Source: an uncultured Verrucomicrobiae bacterium (GTDB lineage: Bacteria; Verrucomicrobiota; Verrucomicrobiia; Chthoniobacterales; Terrimicrobiaceae). From it: DNA of 64,000 nt. The position numbers were made by a program, and so were the translations under genes. Shown piece after piece: positions 11,694 to 21,239 of the stretch. The DNA is taken from assembly GCA_963706955.1 (NCBI GenBank), contig CAVPOC010000008.1:704001-768000 (forward strand), read 5' to 3'. Each line of letters begins with the position of its first letter. Position 1 is the stretch's first letter. The notes beneath the pieces were generated by a model that made no database searches, had not been told where the DNA came from, and worked only from the letters and a program-made list of their open reading frames with translations.

Positions 11694-12390
11694 GTTCGCG
11701 AATCAAAAAGGGTAAATCTTTGGCGACTTGCAGTTCGAAATCGCGTCCAAGAATTTCGTGCAACACGTCAAATGATCGGACGCCATCTCTCTTTCGACCC
11801 CCCAGCCAGTTTGAAGGCGAAGTAAAGTTCTCCAGCCAGGTAAACGGTGTGGTCATCAGCAGTTGGCCGCCCGGAGTGACCAGCGCGGGCAACTGCTGAA
11901 GAAACCGGGCAGGCTCTGCCAATCGGCAGATGAGATTCGCTGCGAGGACCACGTCGAAGGTCCCCAAATCCCCAGGCAGGTTCGTGGCATCGCCGACTTC
12001 GAAGTGGGCACGCCGTCGATCAAGGTTGGCAGGGACCCGCGCCCGCGCCAACTCGCAGATTTCCCCCTCCACCACCATCTCAAAGGAAAATTCGCCTCGG
12101 TCTTTCAGCTCGCGGGCGGCTTGGATGAATGAGTGCGAGAAGTCTATGCCAATCACCGTCGGGCAAAACGCGCACAATTCGAAACTCGAGCGACCAACGG
12201 CGCATCCGACGTCCAGCGCTCGGGCGGCAGCAGGCACTCGTCCACGATCGACGAGTTCATGGACGCATCGGACCGGAAAATCGAGGGCTTCGCGTGGTCC
12301 AGGACGCTCTCTCAGAATTTGCTCTTCCGAGCCGTAGTGAAAGAGGAGATATTCGGCGAGCAGCCTGGACGATTCATAAGGATTTGACAC
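11638..12390 (-). CDS. Stand-alone OvoA C-terminal-like (putative mercaptohistidine N-) methyltransferase
   Basis: NPYES..LLAEYLLFHYG, ALDVGCAVGRSSFEL, ANLICRL, PFTWLE and PFLIREHERKFQY resemble the OvoA MT domain. Confidence 0.75.
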   Translation of the reverse strand: MSNPYESSRLLAEYLLFHYGSEEQILRERPGPREALDFPVRCVHELVDRGRVPAAARALDVGCAVGRSSFELCAFCPTVIGIDFSHSFIQAARELKDRGEFSFEMVVEGEICELARARVPANLDRRRAHFEVGDATNLPGDLGTFDVVLAANLICRLAEPARFLQQLPALVTPGGQLLMTTPFTWLENFTSPSNWLGGRKRDGVRSFDVLHEILGRDFELQVAKDLPFLIREHERKFQYGVALGGRWVRR

Positions 12391-12440
12391 GTTTCCGCGC
12401 GAAAGTTGTCGCGCAAGTTACAGCCCAGGCACGCGTTCCC

Positions 12441-13598
12441 TTAGCGCAAGAGCGAGTTCAGATATTGGGAAGGCTCGTAGTTCTCGATCAGCACCGTTAC
12501 CTTGCCGTCGCGGAGCATCCGCGCCTGCTTCAGGCCGATCTCCGGAGTCTTATGGGGAGCAAAGAGAATGTCATCGTGCGTTGCGTTTTCGCGATTGGCA
12601 AACTTATCGGGAGTCAAGGCGCCGCCTAAATGATCGCTCCGCCCGGTAGCCACATGGATGGTCCCGCGAATCTTCTCGTCCTGAATGTCGCGTCCGGAAA
12701 ACGGCAAAATCTGGGTCCCGAAGCCCAACTCGCCGAGTTCCCCCGTGACAGGATCCTCCGCGAGCTTGTGGTTGTGAGCATCAATCGTTTCCTGATTCCC
12801 CTTGAGCAATTCCGCTTTTCGAATGCGCCCTTCGGAAACATGCATCAGCCCAATGGTCCCGTCCTCGTACTTCATTGGGAAGACTCCACTCGCCCCGGTA
12901 GGAACGAAGTAGACCTCACCTGCGGGAAGGTTGGCGACGTCAGGCTTATCTCCCAGACAGAGTCCGTGGCTCTTTTGGGCCTCCTGTTTGCCAAGATCGA
13001 GGCGAAGCGTGAGAACGCGGCCCGCGTATTCGAAATCGATCTCCACCCAGTCTGCACGTGTTATACCCAGCCGCAGTTTTTCCGCCTCCGCGCTGACCTC
13101 GCGATAGTCAACCGCCAGCCCACTGCTCAGGATCGTCTGATTCAAGCCGTGGAGAGTCGCTCCGCGAAAGCCGAACTTTTTTGCCTTCTCGGTCAGTGGA
13201 GCCGTTGCTGAATAAGTCGAAATGCACAGGACGATGTCGTAGGCCGGGTAAACATCGCGTTCCAGACTGATCTCCTTCCCCTCGGGAGTGACGGCGCGAT
13301 CCGGCAAGTCGAGATTGCTTCCGCCGGTGACCTCGTAGGCAAAAATCTCTCCCCCCACCAGGTTGAGCTCCTCTATCGCTTCGTTCTTCAGTCCATGATA
13401 GAAATACGTCACCGCATTTCGCTGGATCGAAAGGTCGGGATTCTTCAAAAACTTGAAGTTGACGATGTCACTGGGATTCTCAAGATCAATGAGGATGCAG
13501 ATTCTCTGGCCTGCCTTGGGTTCGAAAGTAGTCTTGAGGAGCCGTGTGAGGCTAAAGGGCGGAAATATACGGGCCGAAACTTGCTCGGATATACTCAT
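12441..13598 (-). CDS. Thermophilic metalloprotease (M29)/aminopeptidase-like protein
   Basis: NLPAGEVY, GELGFG, QDEKIRGTIHVATG and HDDI metal-ligand-like motifs. Confidence 0.6.
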   Translation of the reverse strand: MSISEQVSARIFPPFSLTRLLKTTFEPKAGQRICILIDLENPSDIVNFKFLKNPDLSIQRNAVTYFYHGLKNEAIEELNLVGGEIFAYEVTGGSNLDLPDRAVTPEGKEISLERDVYPAYDIVLCISTYSATAPLTEKAKKFGFRGATLHGLNQTILSSGLAVDYREVSAEAEKLRLGITRADWVEIDFEYAGRVLTLRLDLGKQEAQKSHGLCLGDKPDVANLPAGEVYFVPTGASGVFPMKYEDGTIGLMHVSEGRIRKAELLKGNQETIDAHNHKLAEDPVTGELGELGFGTQILPFSGRDIQDEKIRGTIHVATGRSDHLGGALTPDKFANRENATHDDILFAPHKTPEIGLKQARMLRDGKVTVLIENYEPSQYLNSLLR

Positions 13599-13641
13599 AA
13601 CAATTAAAATCTAAACTGATACGTCACTCGGGGCAACGTCG

Positions 13642-15501
13642 ATGCAGTTTCTTGGTAGATGGTCGCCTCGCAAGACTGATTTCTGGGTTCGGCTTGAATC
13701 CGCGCTGAAATCCTGGGGCGCCCTGGTGGTCGCCGTCTTTGCGATCATCTACTACCTGCTCTACTTCCGCAGCGGACTCAACTTCAGCGGCGAAGGAGGA
13801 ACAGTGGCCCTCGTCGCGCTCAGGTTGCTCGAAGGACAGAGGCCGATCGTCGACACTTTTCTCGGTTATAACGTGATGTGGTTTTATCCGGTCACCTGGC
13901 TCTTTCAATTGGTCGGACCTGACTATACCGCTTTACGCGTCTACTTTTTCGGCCTCTGCGCGATCACGGGCGTGCTGGCATTTTTTATTGTGCGCCGCGT
14001 CACTGGCTCGGGTTGGTTTTCGATTCTGGCCGCATTGGGCCCGGTCCTGATTCCGGGAATGATCTTTCGCAACTACATGGCCTTTCTGGCGACGCTGAAC
14101 ATGCTGGTGCTACTGCAGGCCTACGTCTTTGAGCAACCTTCGAAACTTCGGCAAATTCTCTGGATGGTCGCGGCGGGAATTTCCCTGGGGTTGACCTTTC
14201 TCATGCGCATCGATCTGGGCGCGTTCTTTACAGTGATAACCGCAGGATTGATCGTCCTGTTCCCTTTCGGCCGGCGGCAAGGATTCGGACCGAGTCTGGC
14301 ACTCGCTGCAAGCGGAGCATTCCTCGCCCTGATGATGTTCTGCCTCACCCACGCGCCATTCTATCTAGATGCGGTGAAGCGGGGCTACGCTGAGGCGTTT
14401 ACGACACAATATACAAACTGGTTTGCGATGGTCCGCTTCCTGGCGACGCAGCAACTAACAAAACGCGCACCGCCGGCTCCACCTCCGACGCAACCCACCA
14501 TCGCCAGCACAACGGCAGAACCGCCGACCCCCCCTTTTCCGACGCAAACTGCCACCGCCAAGACAACGCCAGAACCGCCACCTCCGGCGCCAAACAAAGC
14601 AAAAGGCGACGTGGACAGTGACGGCTACTTGCAAAAACGGGCCTTGAGTGACGTGATTGAAGCGCGGACTTTTTATGATCGCACCTTCGCCCTCGCAACG
14701 TATCTGCCCGTCTTAGTGGCTCTTCTTATCATCCTTCCCGCGGTTGCCTTGCTCGGGCTGGCGCTCGCCCGCGCGGATTTCGCGCTCAAGACAAGCGCTT
14801 TAATCCTGTTGGTCACAGCGGGTTCGGCCATGACCCTCTTTCCACAATATTTCTTTTTCAGGCCTGATACGCCGCACCTCTCGGAATTTATGGCGCCGTT
14901 TGTCGTGGCGATCGCCTGTGCCATATGGGTCGCCTTTCAATGGCGAAAGCAGAGCACCGCTGCGGCCATCTATTCTAGTCTCGTCATCATCGTCGGTGTG
15001 TTCAACGTGGCAGTTTTTTTTCTCCATGCGTTTCCAAAGGAGTCATCGGGGTCGATCGCCGCTCGCAAGATGCGCAAATACAAGTTCGTCGCGGAGAATG
15101 GCGTCAGTGTGTGGTTGAAGCAAAAGGAACGGGAGGAGATCGCCAAAATGTTCGAAGTGCTGCAGACGCACACCAAACCCTCCGATTACATCGTCTGCTA
15201 TCCATACGCGCCGACGATAAACTTCATGACGAATCGGCCATCGTACGAATACAATCTTTACGTCGACAACGCGCACAACGTTTCTGGGTTCTTCCGGGAA
15301 ACGCTCGAAGAAGTAAAAAAATACCGACCGGGGGCGATCCTCATCGACAATCGTGCTCTCAATCAAACCGAGGAGTCGCGGTTCCGAAACTGGGCACCCG
15401 ATACCTACGAGTGGATCAAGAGCAACTATGCTTACGCTGGCACATTCCGCCGCCAAGAGATCTACTTGCGTCCAGACCTTTATCATGAACAAGGCCAATG
15501 A
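13642..15501 (+). CDS. Polytopic membrane protein, probable GT-C (ArnT/PMT-like) glycosyltransferase
   Basis: Many TM helices; N-terminal [20 protein letters not shown] pattern; soluble C-terminal domain; Pro/Thr-rich loop; adjacent to rfbA. Confidence 0.55.
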   Translation: MQFLGRWSPRKTDFWVRLESALKSWGALVVAVFAIIYYLLYFRSGLNFSGEGGTVALVALRLLEGQRPIVDTFLGYNVMWFYPVTWLFQLVGPDYTALRVYFFGLCAITGVLAFFIVRRVTGSGWFSILAALGPVLIPGMIFRNYMAFLATLNMLVLLQAYVFEQPSKLRQILWMVAAGISLGLTFLMRIDLGAFFTVITAGLIVLFPFGRRQGFGPSLALAASGAFLALMMFCLTHAPFYLDAVKRGYAEAFTTQYTNWFAMVRFLATQQLTKRAPPAPPPTQPTIASTTAEPPTPPFPTQTATAKTTPEPPPPAPNKAKGDVDSDGYLQKRALSDVIEARTFYDRTFALATYLPVLVALLIILPAVALLGLALARADFALKTSALILLVTAGSAMTLFPQYFFFRPDTPHLSEFMAPFVVAIACAIWVAFQWRKQSTAAAIYSSLVIIVGVFNVAVFFLHAFPKESSGSIAARKMRKYKFVAENGVSVWLKQKEREEIAKMFEVLQTHTKPSDYIVCYPYAPTINFMTNRPSYEYNLYVDNAHNVSGFFRETLEEVKKYRPGAILIDNRALNQTEESRFRNWAPDTYEWIKSNYAYAGTFRRQEIYLRPDLYHEQGQ

Positions 15502-15532
15502 GTCGACGCAGTCCGGGAGCTCGACGCTGAAG

Positions 15533-16435
15533 ATGCGCAAGGGAATCATTCTCGCGGGCGGTTCCGGCACGCGCCTTGATCCGCTGACGCGCATCGTCTG
15601 CAAGCAACTCCTTCCGATTTACGACAAGCCGATGATTTATTATCCGCTGTCGGTTCTGATGCTCGGAGGAGTTCGTGAGATCCTGATCATCTCGACTCCG
15701 AAGGATCTGCCGGTATTTCGCTCGTTGTTTGGGGACGGCTCAGCGCTCGGCCTCAAAATTGAGTACGCCGAGCAAGCGAGGCCCGAAGGAATCGCCCATG
15801 CCTTTGTCATCGGCGACTCCTTCATGGATGAACACGGCGTCGTCCTGATCTTGGGCGACAATATCTTTCACGGCAAACTTGACTTGGTGCGGACCGCCCT
15901 GGCGAGGGCAGACGGCGCGACCATCTTCGCATGCCCGGTCATTGACCCAAGCCGTTATGGTATTGTGGAATTTGACGAATTCGGTCGCGCGATTTCCATC
16001 GAGGAGAAGCCGACCGAACCCAAGAGCAATCACGCGGTTCCTGGCCTTTACATCTACGACGGGCAGATCCACGAAATAGCCCGCTCTCTCAAACCGTCGC
16101 CACGCGGCGAGCTCGAGATCACTGACGTGAATCGCGAGTATTTGCGGCGGGGCAGCCTCTTTGTCGAGCCGCTCGGCCGCGGTGTCGCCTGGCTCGACAC
16201 CGGCACTCCCGAAAGCTTGATGGAAGCGAGCACCTACATCGCTACCCTCCAGCACCGACAAGGAGTGAAGATCGCCTGCCTGGAGGAAATTGCCTATTAC
16301 ATGGATTTCATTAGCTTCCAAGAAGTCCAAGCATTGGCCGCAAAGCTACCTCGCAAGAACAGCTATCGCGCCTATCTCGAATCTTTGCCTCCCTCCATGC
16401 CCCGTTTCAAGGACCGCTTCTTCCACCCCTCTTGA
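15533..16435 (+). CDS. rfbA: Glucose-1-phosphate thymidylyltransferase
   Basis: [40 protein letters not shown] and GVAWLDTGT motifs (alternative ATG at 15485). Confidence 0.95.
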   Translation: MRKGIILAGGSGTRLDPLTRIVCKQLLPIYDKPMIYYPLSVLMLGGVREILIISTPKDLPVFRSLFGDGSALGLKIEYAEQARPEGIAHAFVIGDSFMDEHGVVLILGDNIFHGKLDLVRTALARADGATIFACPVIDPSRYGIVEFDEFGRAISIEEKPTEPKSNHAVPGLYIYDGQIHEIARSLKPSPRGELEITDVNREYLRRGSLFVEPLGRGVAWLDTGTPESLMEASTYIATLQHRQGVKIACLEEIAYYMDFISFQEVQALAAKLPRKNSYRAYLESLPPSMPRFKDRFFHPS

Positions 16436-17550
16436 GTCTATTCGCTTCGAGAATGCTCTCGTAGGTCGACACGGTTTTCTCGATATCGAATTGGACTGCT
16501 TTTTCGCGGGACGCGCGGCGCATGGCGTTCAGCAACGTCGGCGTCGCCAACAACTCCCGAAGCCTTTCCGCGAAGCTCGCTGCGGCCAGATCACAAAGAA
16601 ATCCGTTCTTACCCTCTTCGACAATATCATGCATGCCTGCTATCCGGCTGCTGACGATTGCCAAGCCCCATTGGAGCGCCTCGATCGCGACCATCGGAGA
16701 TCCCTCCTGCAATGATGTCAGCAACAGAATGTCACTCGCCGCCATTCGTGCGGCTACGTGGGCTTCCGAAAGCCAACCGTGGACCGTCACGCGGTCGTCG
16801 ACGCCTTCGCGTCGGGCGAGCGCTTCCATTTCAGCCCGCAGCGGTCCGTCGCCAATCACATCGAGCGACCAGTCAATTTCGCGGATCAGTGCCAAAGCCT
16901 GAATCGCAAGCAGGGGATTTTTTTGGATGCTTAAGCGACCAGCCATAAGAATGCGAGTGCGTGAATGGATCGGCACAGTAGACGCCGCGACCAGACGGAC
17001 TCCGTTTGGAACGACGACCGGTTCGACACCATACGCTTTGGACGCCAATCCGGCGACGAAGCGACTTACCGCTGTGACCACTTTGGCACGATGCCAGACC
17101 GGTGAGACCAACGGTCCAATAAGACGGAAAAGATGATCTGTTTGTTCCGGCACGCCGCCGGGCACGTCTCCCAAGTGGACCGTCAAGACATAGGGAATCC
17201 CTGTGACGAGGCTCGCAGACCAACGCGACCGGTCCGGTGGGAACCGCAAAGTGGGCGTGCACGATGTCGGGACGCCACTGACGGGCCTCTCTGACAGCCG
17301 TCCAGAGGTTCGTCAAGACATAGAGGGCCATTTCAGGCACCGTGCAGGTGTCTTCACGCCGGCGAAATGACGCCGCGCGCAAGATCTCGACTTTCTCACG
17401 CACCTCGCGCTGGGGAAGATGGCGCATCCCTGCAGTGACGACGCGGACCTGATGACCACGGGAGACCAGTCTCGCCGCGACCTGTGCTGCTACTCTTCCT
17501 CCTCCACCGCCAATCGGCGGATACTCATAGCAGAGGAGTAGAATTTTCAC
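16407..17550 (-). CDS. GT4-family glycosyltransferase (frameshift near 17220)
   Basis: Joins [25 protein letters not shown] (16873 frame) with GRL..QKN and [10 protein letters not shown] (16407 frame); GTG start overlaps the asnB stop. Confidence 0.85.
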
Positions 17551-19400
17551 CTCGTCACATCCGCAAGCCCCAGTCTTGTCAGCCACTCGCCGTAGCAGAG
17601 TTGGCACCAGAGGTAGAGCCGCTCATCCGCAACCCCCGACCGATGAGCAGCCAGCTTCTCCTCAAGGAACTTGCCTCCGTGCGGCCGGAGTCGCTCGGAA
17701 CGGAACCATGATCCCACCGGGGTGCCAAATCCCTTCTTCCGCCGGTAGATGATGTCGAGTGGAAGAAACGGCTCCAGCGCTTTTTTGAGAAGATATTTCG
17801 TAATCCCTCCACGGATCTTCAACTCGTGCGGCAACCTGCGAGCAAAGTTGGCCACCTCCAAATCGAGAAAAGGGCTTCGCGCTTCCAAGCCGTGCAGCAT
17901 GCTCGCGCGATCAACCTTCGCCAAGATTCCATCTTGCAAGTAGAGCTCTGTATAGAATTGCAGGGTGCGATCCACGAGATTCTTTTGCCGGCAGGAATCC
18001 CAAGCCTCCACCGCCTCGGAGTAGAGTTCCTCGATCTCGACCGGCTTGCCAAAAAGCCGTCCAATGTCATCCGGTTCCAGCGCCCCAAGCCAGAGAGCAT
18101 TCCAATAGCGCGCTTGATGACTCGCACCACGCATGCCGCGCTTAATCTTGAAATCCATGCTTAGATTCGCATGGGACACGGGAAGGCGTCCCGCCAAGGC
18201 GCGCAATGCGCCGTGCAGCGGCCGCGGAACGACGCGCGCATACCACGAGGCCATTCCCAAACCGCGAAACGTGTCGTATCCGGCAAACAACTCATCGCCG
18301 CCATCTCCTCCTAAGGCCACAGTCACATGCTGTCTGGTGAACCGGCTGAGGAGCCAGGTCGGGAGCAAGGAATTGTCACCCTGTGGCTCATCCATCTGGC
18401 GAAGTATTCCCGGCAGGACATCGCATGCCTTCTCAAGATCCAGGATCTCGCATCGATGATCAGTCCCCAGAAACTTCGCCGCTCGCCTCGCATAGGCAGA
18501 CTCGTCGAAGCTTGGTTCGGTAAATCCAATACAAAAGGTGCGGAGCCGATCGGCGCCAACATGCTTGGCGGCCAAGGCCGCCACCGCGGTAGAGTCGATT
18601 CCCCCGCTGAGAAAAACCCCCAAAGGAACATCTGCCATCAACCGGCGCTTCACTGCACGCTCCAGTGTTTCGACGAGTTCTTCGCCAAGTTCAGTCCGGG
18701 ACCGGCGCATCATCCTGTCATCGGGCTCGATCTCAAAGCGCCAGTAGCGTTTTGTCACCGGCGCGTCTCCAACATCGAAAATCAAGTTGTGGCCGCCGGG
18801 CAACTTCCAGACACCTTCGATCAACGAGCAGGGTGCCGGCACGAGGGCATAGGCGAAAAATTTCTGCAGGGCTTTCGGCGAGACGCTCCGCGGGCAATGC
18901 GGATGCTCGAGCAATGCCGTCAATTCAGATGCAAACACAAAGGTTCCTCGAGAGTTGAACCAAAAGAGCGGCTTCTTGCCGAAGCGGTCGCGGCTGATGA
19001 ACAATCGCTTCTTCTCGGCGTCCCAGAGCGCAAAGGCCCACATTCCATTTAACATCGGGACGATCTTCTCTCCCCAGAGGCGGTAGCCATGCAGGAGGAC
19101 TTCAGTATCCGAATGGTCGCTCTGAAAAACGCAACCGAGCGACTCCAACTGAGCTCGCAGCTCGAGGTGATTATAGATCTCGCCGTTGAAGATGACGACG
19201 TAACGTCCGTTCCCGAGAGACATTGGCTGCGCGCCGCCGGCGAGATCGATTATCGAAAGCCGACGATGACCGAGATAAACTCCCTGGGTCTGCTCAACAT
19301 AAAATCCCTCAGCGTCCGGGCCCCGGTGGGCCAAACAGCGGGTCATGCGTTCGAGATCGCCCTGATTCCCTTCGCCGATGAATCCGGCGATGCCGCACAT
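17547..19400 (-). CDS. asnB: Asparagine synthase (glutamine-hydrolysing)-family amidotransferase
   Basis: MCGIAG, HRGPD, HRRLSIID, FNGEIYN, RDRFGKKPL, LSGGIDS, GDGGDELF and KKGF motifs. Confidence 0.93.
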   Translation of the reverse strand: MCGIAGFIGEGNQGDLERMTRCLAHRGPDAEGFYVEQTQGVYLGHRRLSIIDLAGGAQPMSLGNGRYVVIFNGEIYNHLELRAQLESLGCVFQSDHSDTEVLLHGYRLWGEKIVPMLNGMWAFALWDAEKKRLFISRDRFGKKPLFWFNSRGTFVFASELTALLEHPHCPRSVSPKALQKFFAYALVPAPCSLIEGVWKLPGGHNLIFDVGDAPVTKRYWRFEIEPDDRMMRRSRTELGEELVETLERAVKRRLMADVPLGVFLSGGIDSTAVAALAAKHVGADRLRTFCIGFTEPSFDESAYARRAAKFLGTDHRCEILDLEKACDVLPGILRQMDEPQGDNSLLPTWLLSRFTRQHVTVALGGDGGDELFAGYDTFRGLGMASWYARVVPRPLHGALRALAGRLPVSHANLSMDFKIKRGMRGASHQARYWNALWLGALEPDDIGRLFGKPVEIEELYSEAVEAWDSCRQKNLVDRTLQFYTELYLQDGILAKVDRASMLHGLEARSPFLDLEVANFARRLPHELKIRGGITKYLLKKALEPFLPLDIIYRRKKGFGTPVGSWFRSERLRPHGGKFLEEKLAAHRSGVADERLYLWCQLCYGEWLTRLGLADVTR

Positions 19401-20357
19401 TCAAGCCGCCTTCGGGAACGATGTTATGTTGCGGGTCTTGCGAACGAGATAGATCGACTTGTGCTGAGACTCGTAGAACGTGCGCGTGATCATTTCCGCG
19501 AGTAAGCCCATCAGAATACAGATTACTCCGGTCATGAAGGAAAAGACCGCCATCATCGGGAGCGGCGTGGCCGTAAAGAAGTATCCCTTGGTGCGCATGT
19601 AGAGCGTCCACACGCTGAAGCCAAATGCCGCCGCAAAAAACAACACTCCCCAAAGTCCGAACAGGTACATCGGCTTAAGCATGAACTTGTCCATGAACTT
19701 CACAGTGACCAGATCCATCAACACCTTCAATACTCGCTCGAGACCGTACTTCGATGATCCCGTGCAGCGCGCGTGGTGATTAACCGGGATCTCCGCGATC
19801 CGAGCTCCGTGCCACTTCGCATAAATCGGGAGAAAGCGGTGCATTTCCCCGTAAAGCCGGATGCCTTCGAGCACCTCGGCACGATAGGCTTTCAAGGAAC
19901 ATCCAAAATCATGGAGACGCACGCCGGAAACCGCCGAGATCAGCTGGTTGGCCAGGATGCTCGGGATATTTCGCTGAATGGCATTGTCCTGCCGGTCTCG
20001 CCGCCAACCCGAACAAACATCGTAGCCCTCTTCGATCTTGGCGAGCATGCGCGGAATGTCTTCGGGATCGTTCTGCCCGTCACCGTCCATCGGGATGATC
20101 ACGTCACCCGAGGCAAAATCAAAGCCGGCCATCATCGCTGCCGTTTGGCCGAAGTTGCGCCGGAAATGGACCACTTTCACTTCGGAATGCAGGGTCGCCA
20201 AGCGATCCAGAATTTCCTCGCTTCGGTCCAGGCTGCCGTCGTTGACAAAGATGATTTCCCACGGAGTTCCATGCCGGTTCATCACCTTGCGCACTTTCTC
20301 GAAGAGTTCCTCGATCGACCCCTCCTCGTTGTAGACCGGTACAGACAGCGAAATCAT
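19401..20357 (-). CDS. GT2 (DPM1/ArnC-like) polyprenol-phosphate glycosyltransferase
   Basis: VPVYNEE, VNDGSLD, RRNFGQTAA, DGDGQNDP and EMHRFLP motifs; two C-terminal TMs. Confidence 0.9.
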   Translation of the reverse strand: MISLSVPVYNEEGSIEELFEKVRKVMNRHGTPWEIIFVNDGSLDRSEEILDRLATLHSEVKVVHFRRNFGQTAAMMAGFDFASGDVIIPMDGDGQNDPEDIPRMLAKIEEGYDVCSGWRRDRQDNAIQRNIPSILANQLISAVSGVRLHDFGCSLKAYRAEVLEGIRLYGEMHRFLPIYAKWHGARIAEIPVNHHARCTGSSKYGLERVLKVLMDLVTVKFMDKFMLKPMYLFGLWGVLFFAAAFGFSVWTLYMRTKGYFFTATPLPMMAVFSFMTGVICILMGLLAEMITRTFYESQHKSIYLVRKTRNITSFPKAA

Positions 20358-20404
20358 GATCCCTTATGCAGAACCACTGATTCCACACAAGAAAGCCGGC
20401 GCTG

Positions 20405-21169
20405 TCACTTAAAATTGTCGGGCAATAGGAAATCCCGGTATGTAAGTCGAGAGGGCTCCACCGCGACAGCCAAGGCTCCACTGTAACCATCGGCGGGCGA
20501 AAATGCCGTCAAATGCCAGCGCGCACCATGAATCTTACCGGCATCCTCCACGGCAAGGATACGCAAAGGCGTTAACGCGATTTCCAGTTTCGAGAGTTCG
20601 AGCGACAAGCCGAGCGCGGTGGCTTTCAACACAGCTTCTTTCGCCGTCCAGAACTGGAAGAACATGCGGAGACCATCCTCTTTACCCTTCCGGGCAATTT
20701 CGTCCCTTTCTCTTTCGCAAAAGAACCTTTCGGCGATCTCCAGCGCATGGAACTTTGGATCTTCTTTTTCGATGTCCACGCCAAGCGGCCATTCCCGGCA
20801 AATGGCCGCAACCATTAGATCATGAGAGTGCGAGACATTGAACTCGATGTGGCGATGCGGCTCGGCCACGAAGGGCTTCCCGTGAGAACTGTAGGAAAAC
20901 GGCACTCGCTCCGGCTCAGTGGAGAGATAGTCCGCAAGAATTACCCGCAGAGCGCCACGCCCTGCGACGAATCGCCGGCGGAGATGGGAAAATCGAAAGC
21001 GATCAGCACGTGCGAGTTCTTTCTCAGAAAGCGTTTCGCGAAATCTGCGTAACACAAGATCGGACACGCTCAGATCGAAACGCCACACGTGCACCTCTCC
21101 CTCGGCAAGCATGCCTTGCGGTAGGGAAGATTGCCACGGCTGATCCAGGTGAGATTTCTCGGTCTTCAT
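20405..21169 (-). CDS. Sfp-type 4'-phosphopantetheinyl transferase
   Basis: LSEKELARADRF, GKP, FNVSHS, GVDIE and FWTAKEAVLKA motifs; start uncertain (ORF extends to 21253). Confidence 0.92.
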   Translation of the reverse strand: MKTEKSHLDQPWQSSLPQGMLAEGEVHVWRFDLSVSDLVLRRFRETLSEKELARADRFRFSHLRRRFVAGRGALRVILADYLSTEPERVPFSYSSHGKPFVAEPHRHIEFNVSHSHDLMVAAICREWPLGVDIEKEDPKFHALEIAERFFCERERDEIARKGKEDGLRMFFQFWTAKEAVLKATALGLSLELSKLEIALTPLRILAVEDAGKIHGARWHLTAFSPADGYSGALAVAVEPSRLTYRDFLLPDNFK

Positions 21170-21239
21170 CCTGCAATCGGAAGACTGCCGTCGTGTCGTC
21201 TGCGCCGATTTCGCCATCCACCAGCAGTCTGCGGCTGAG

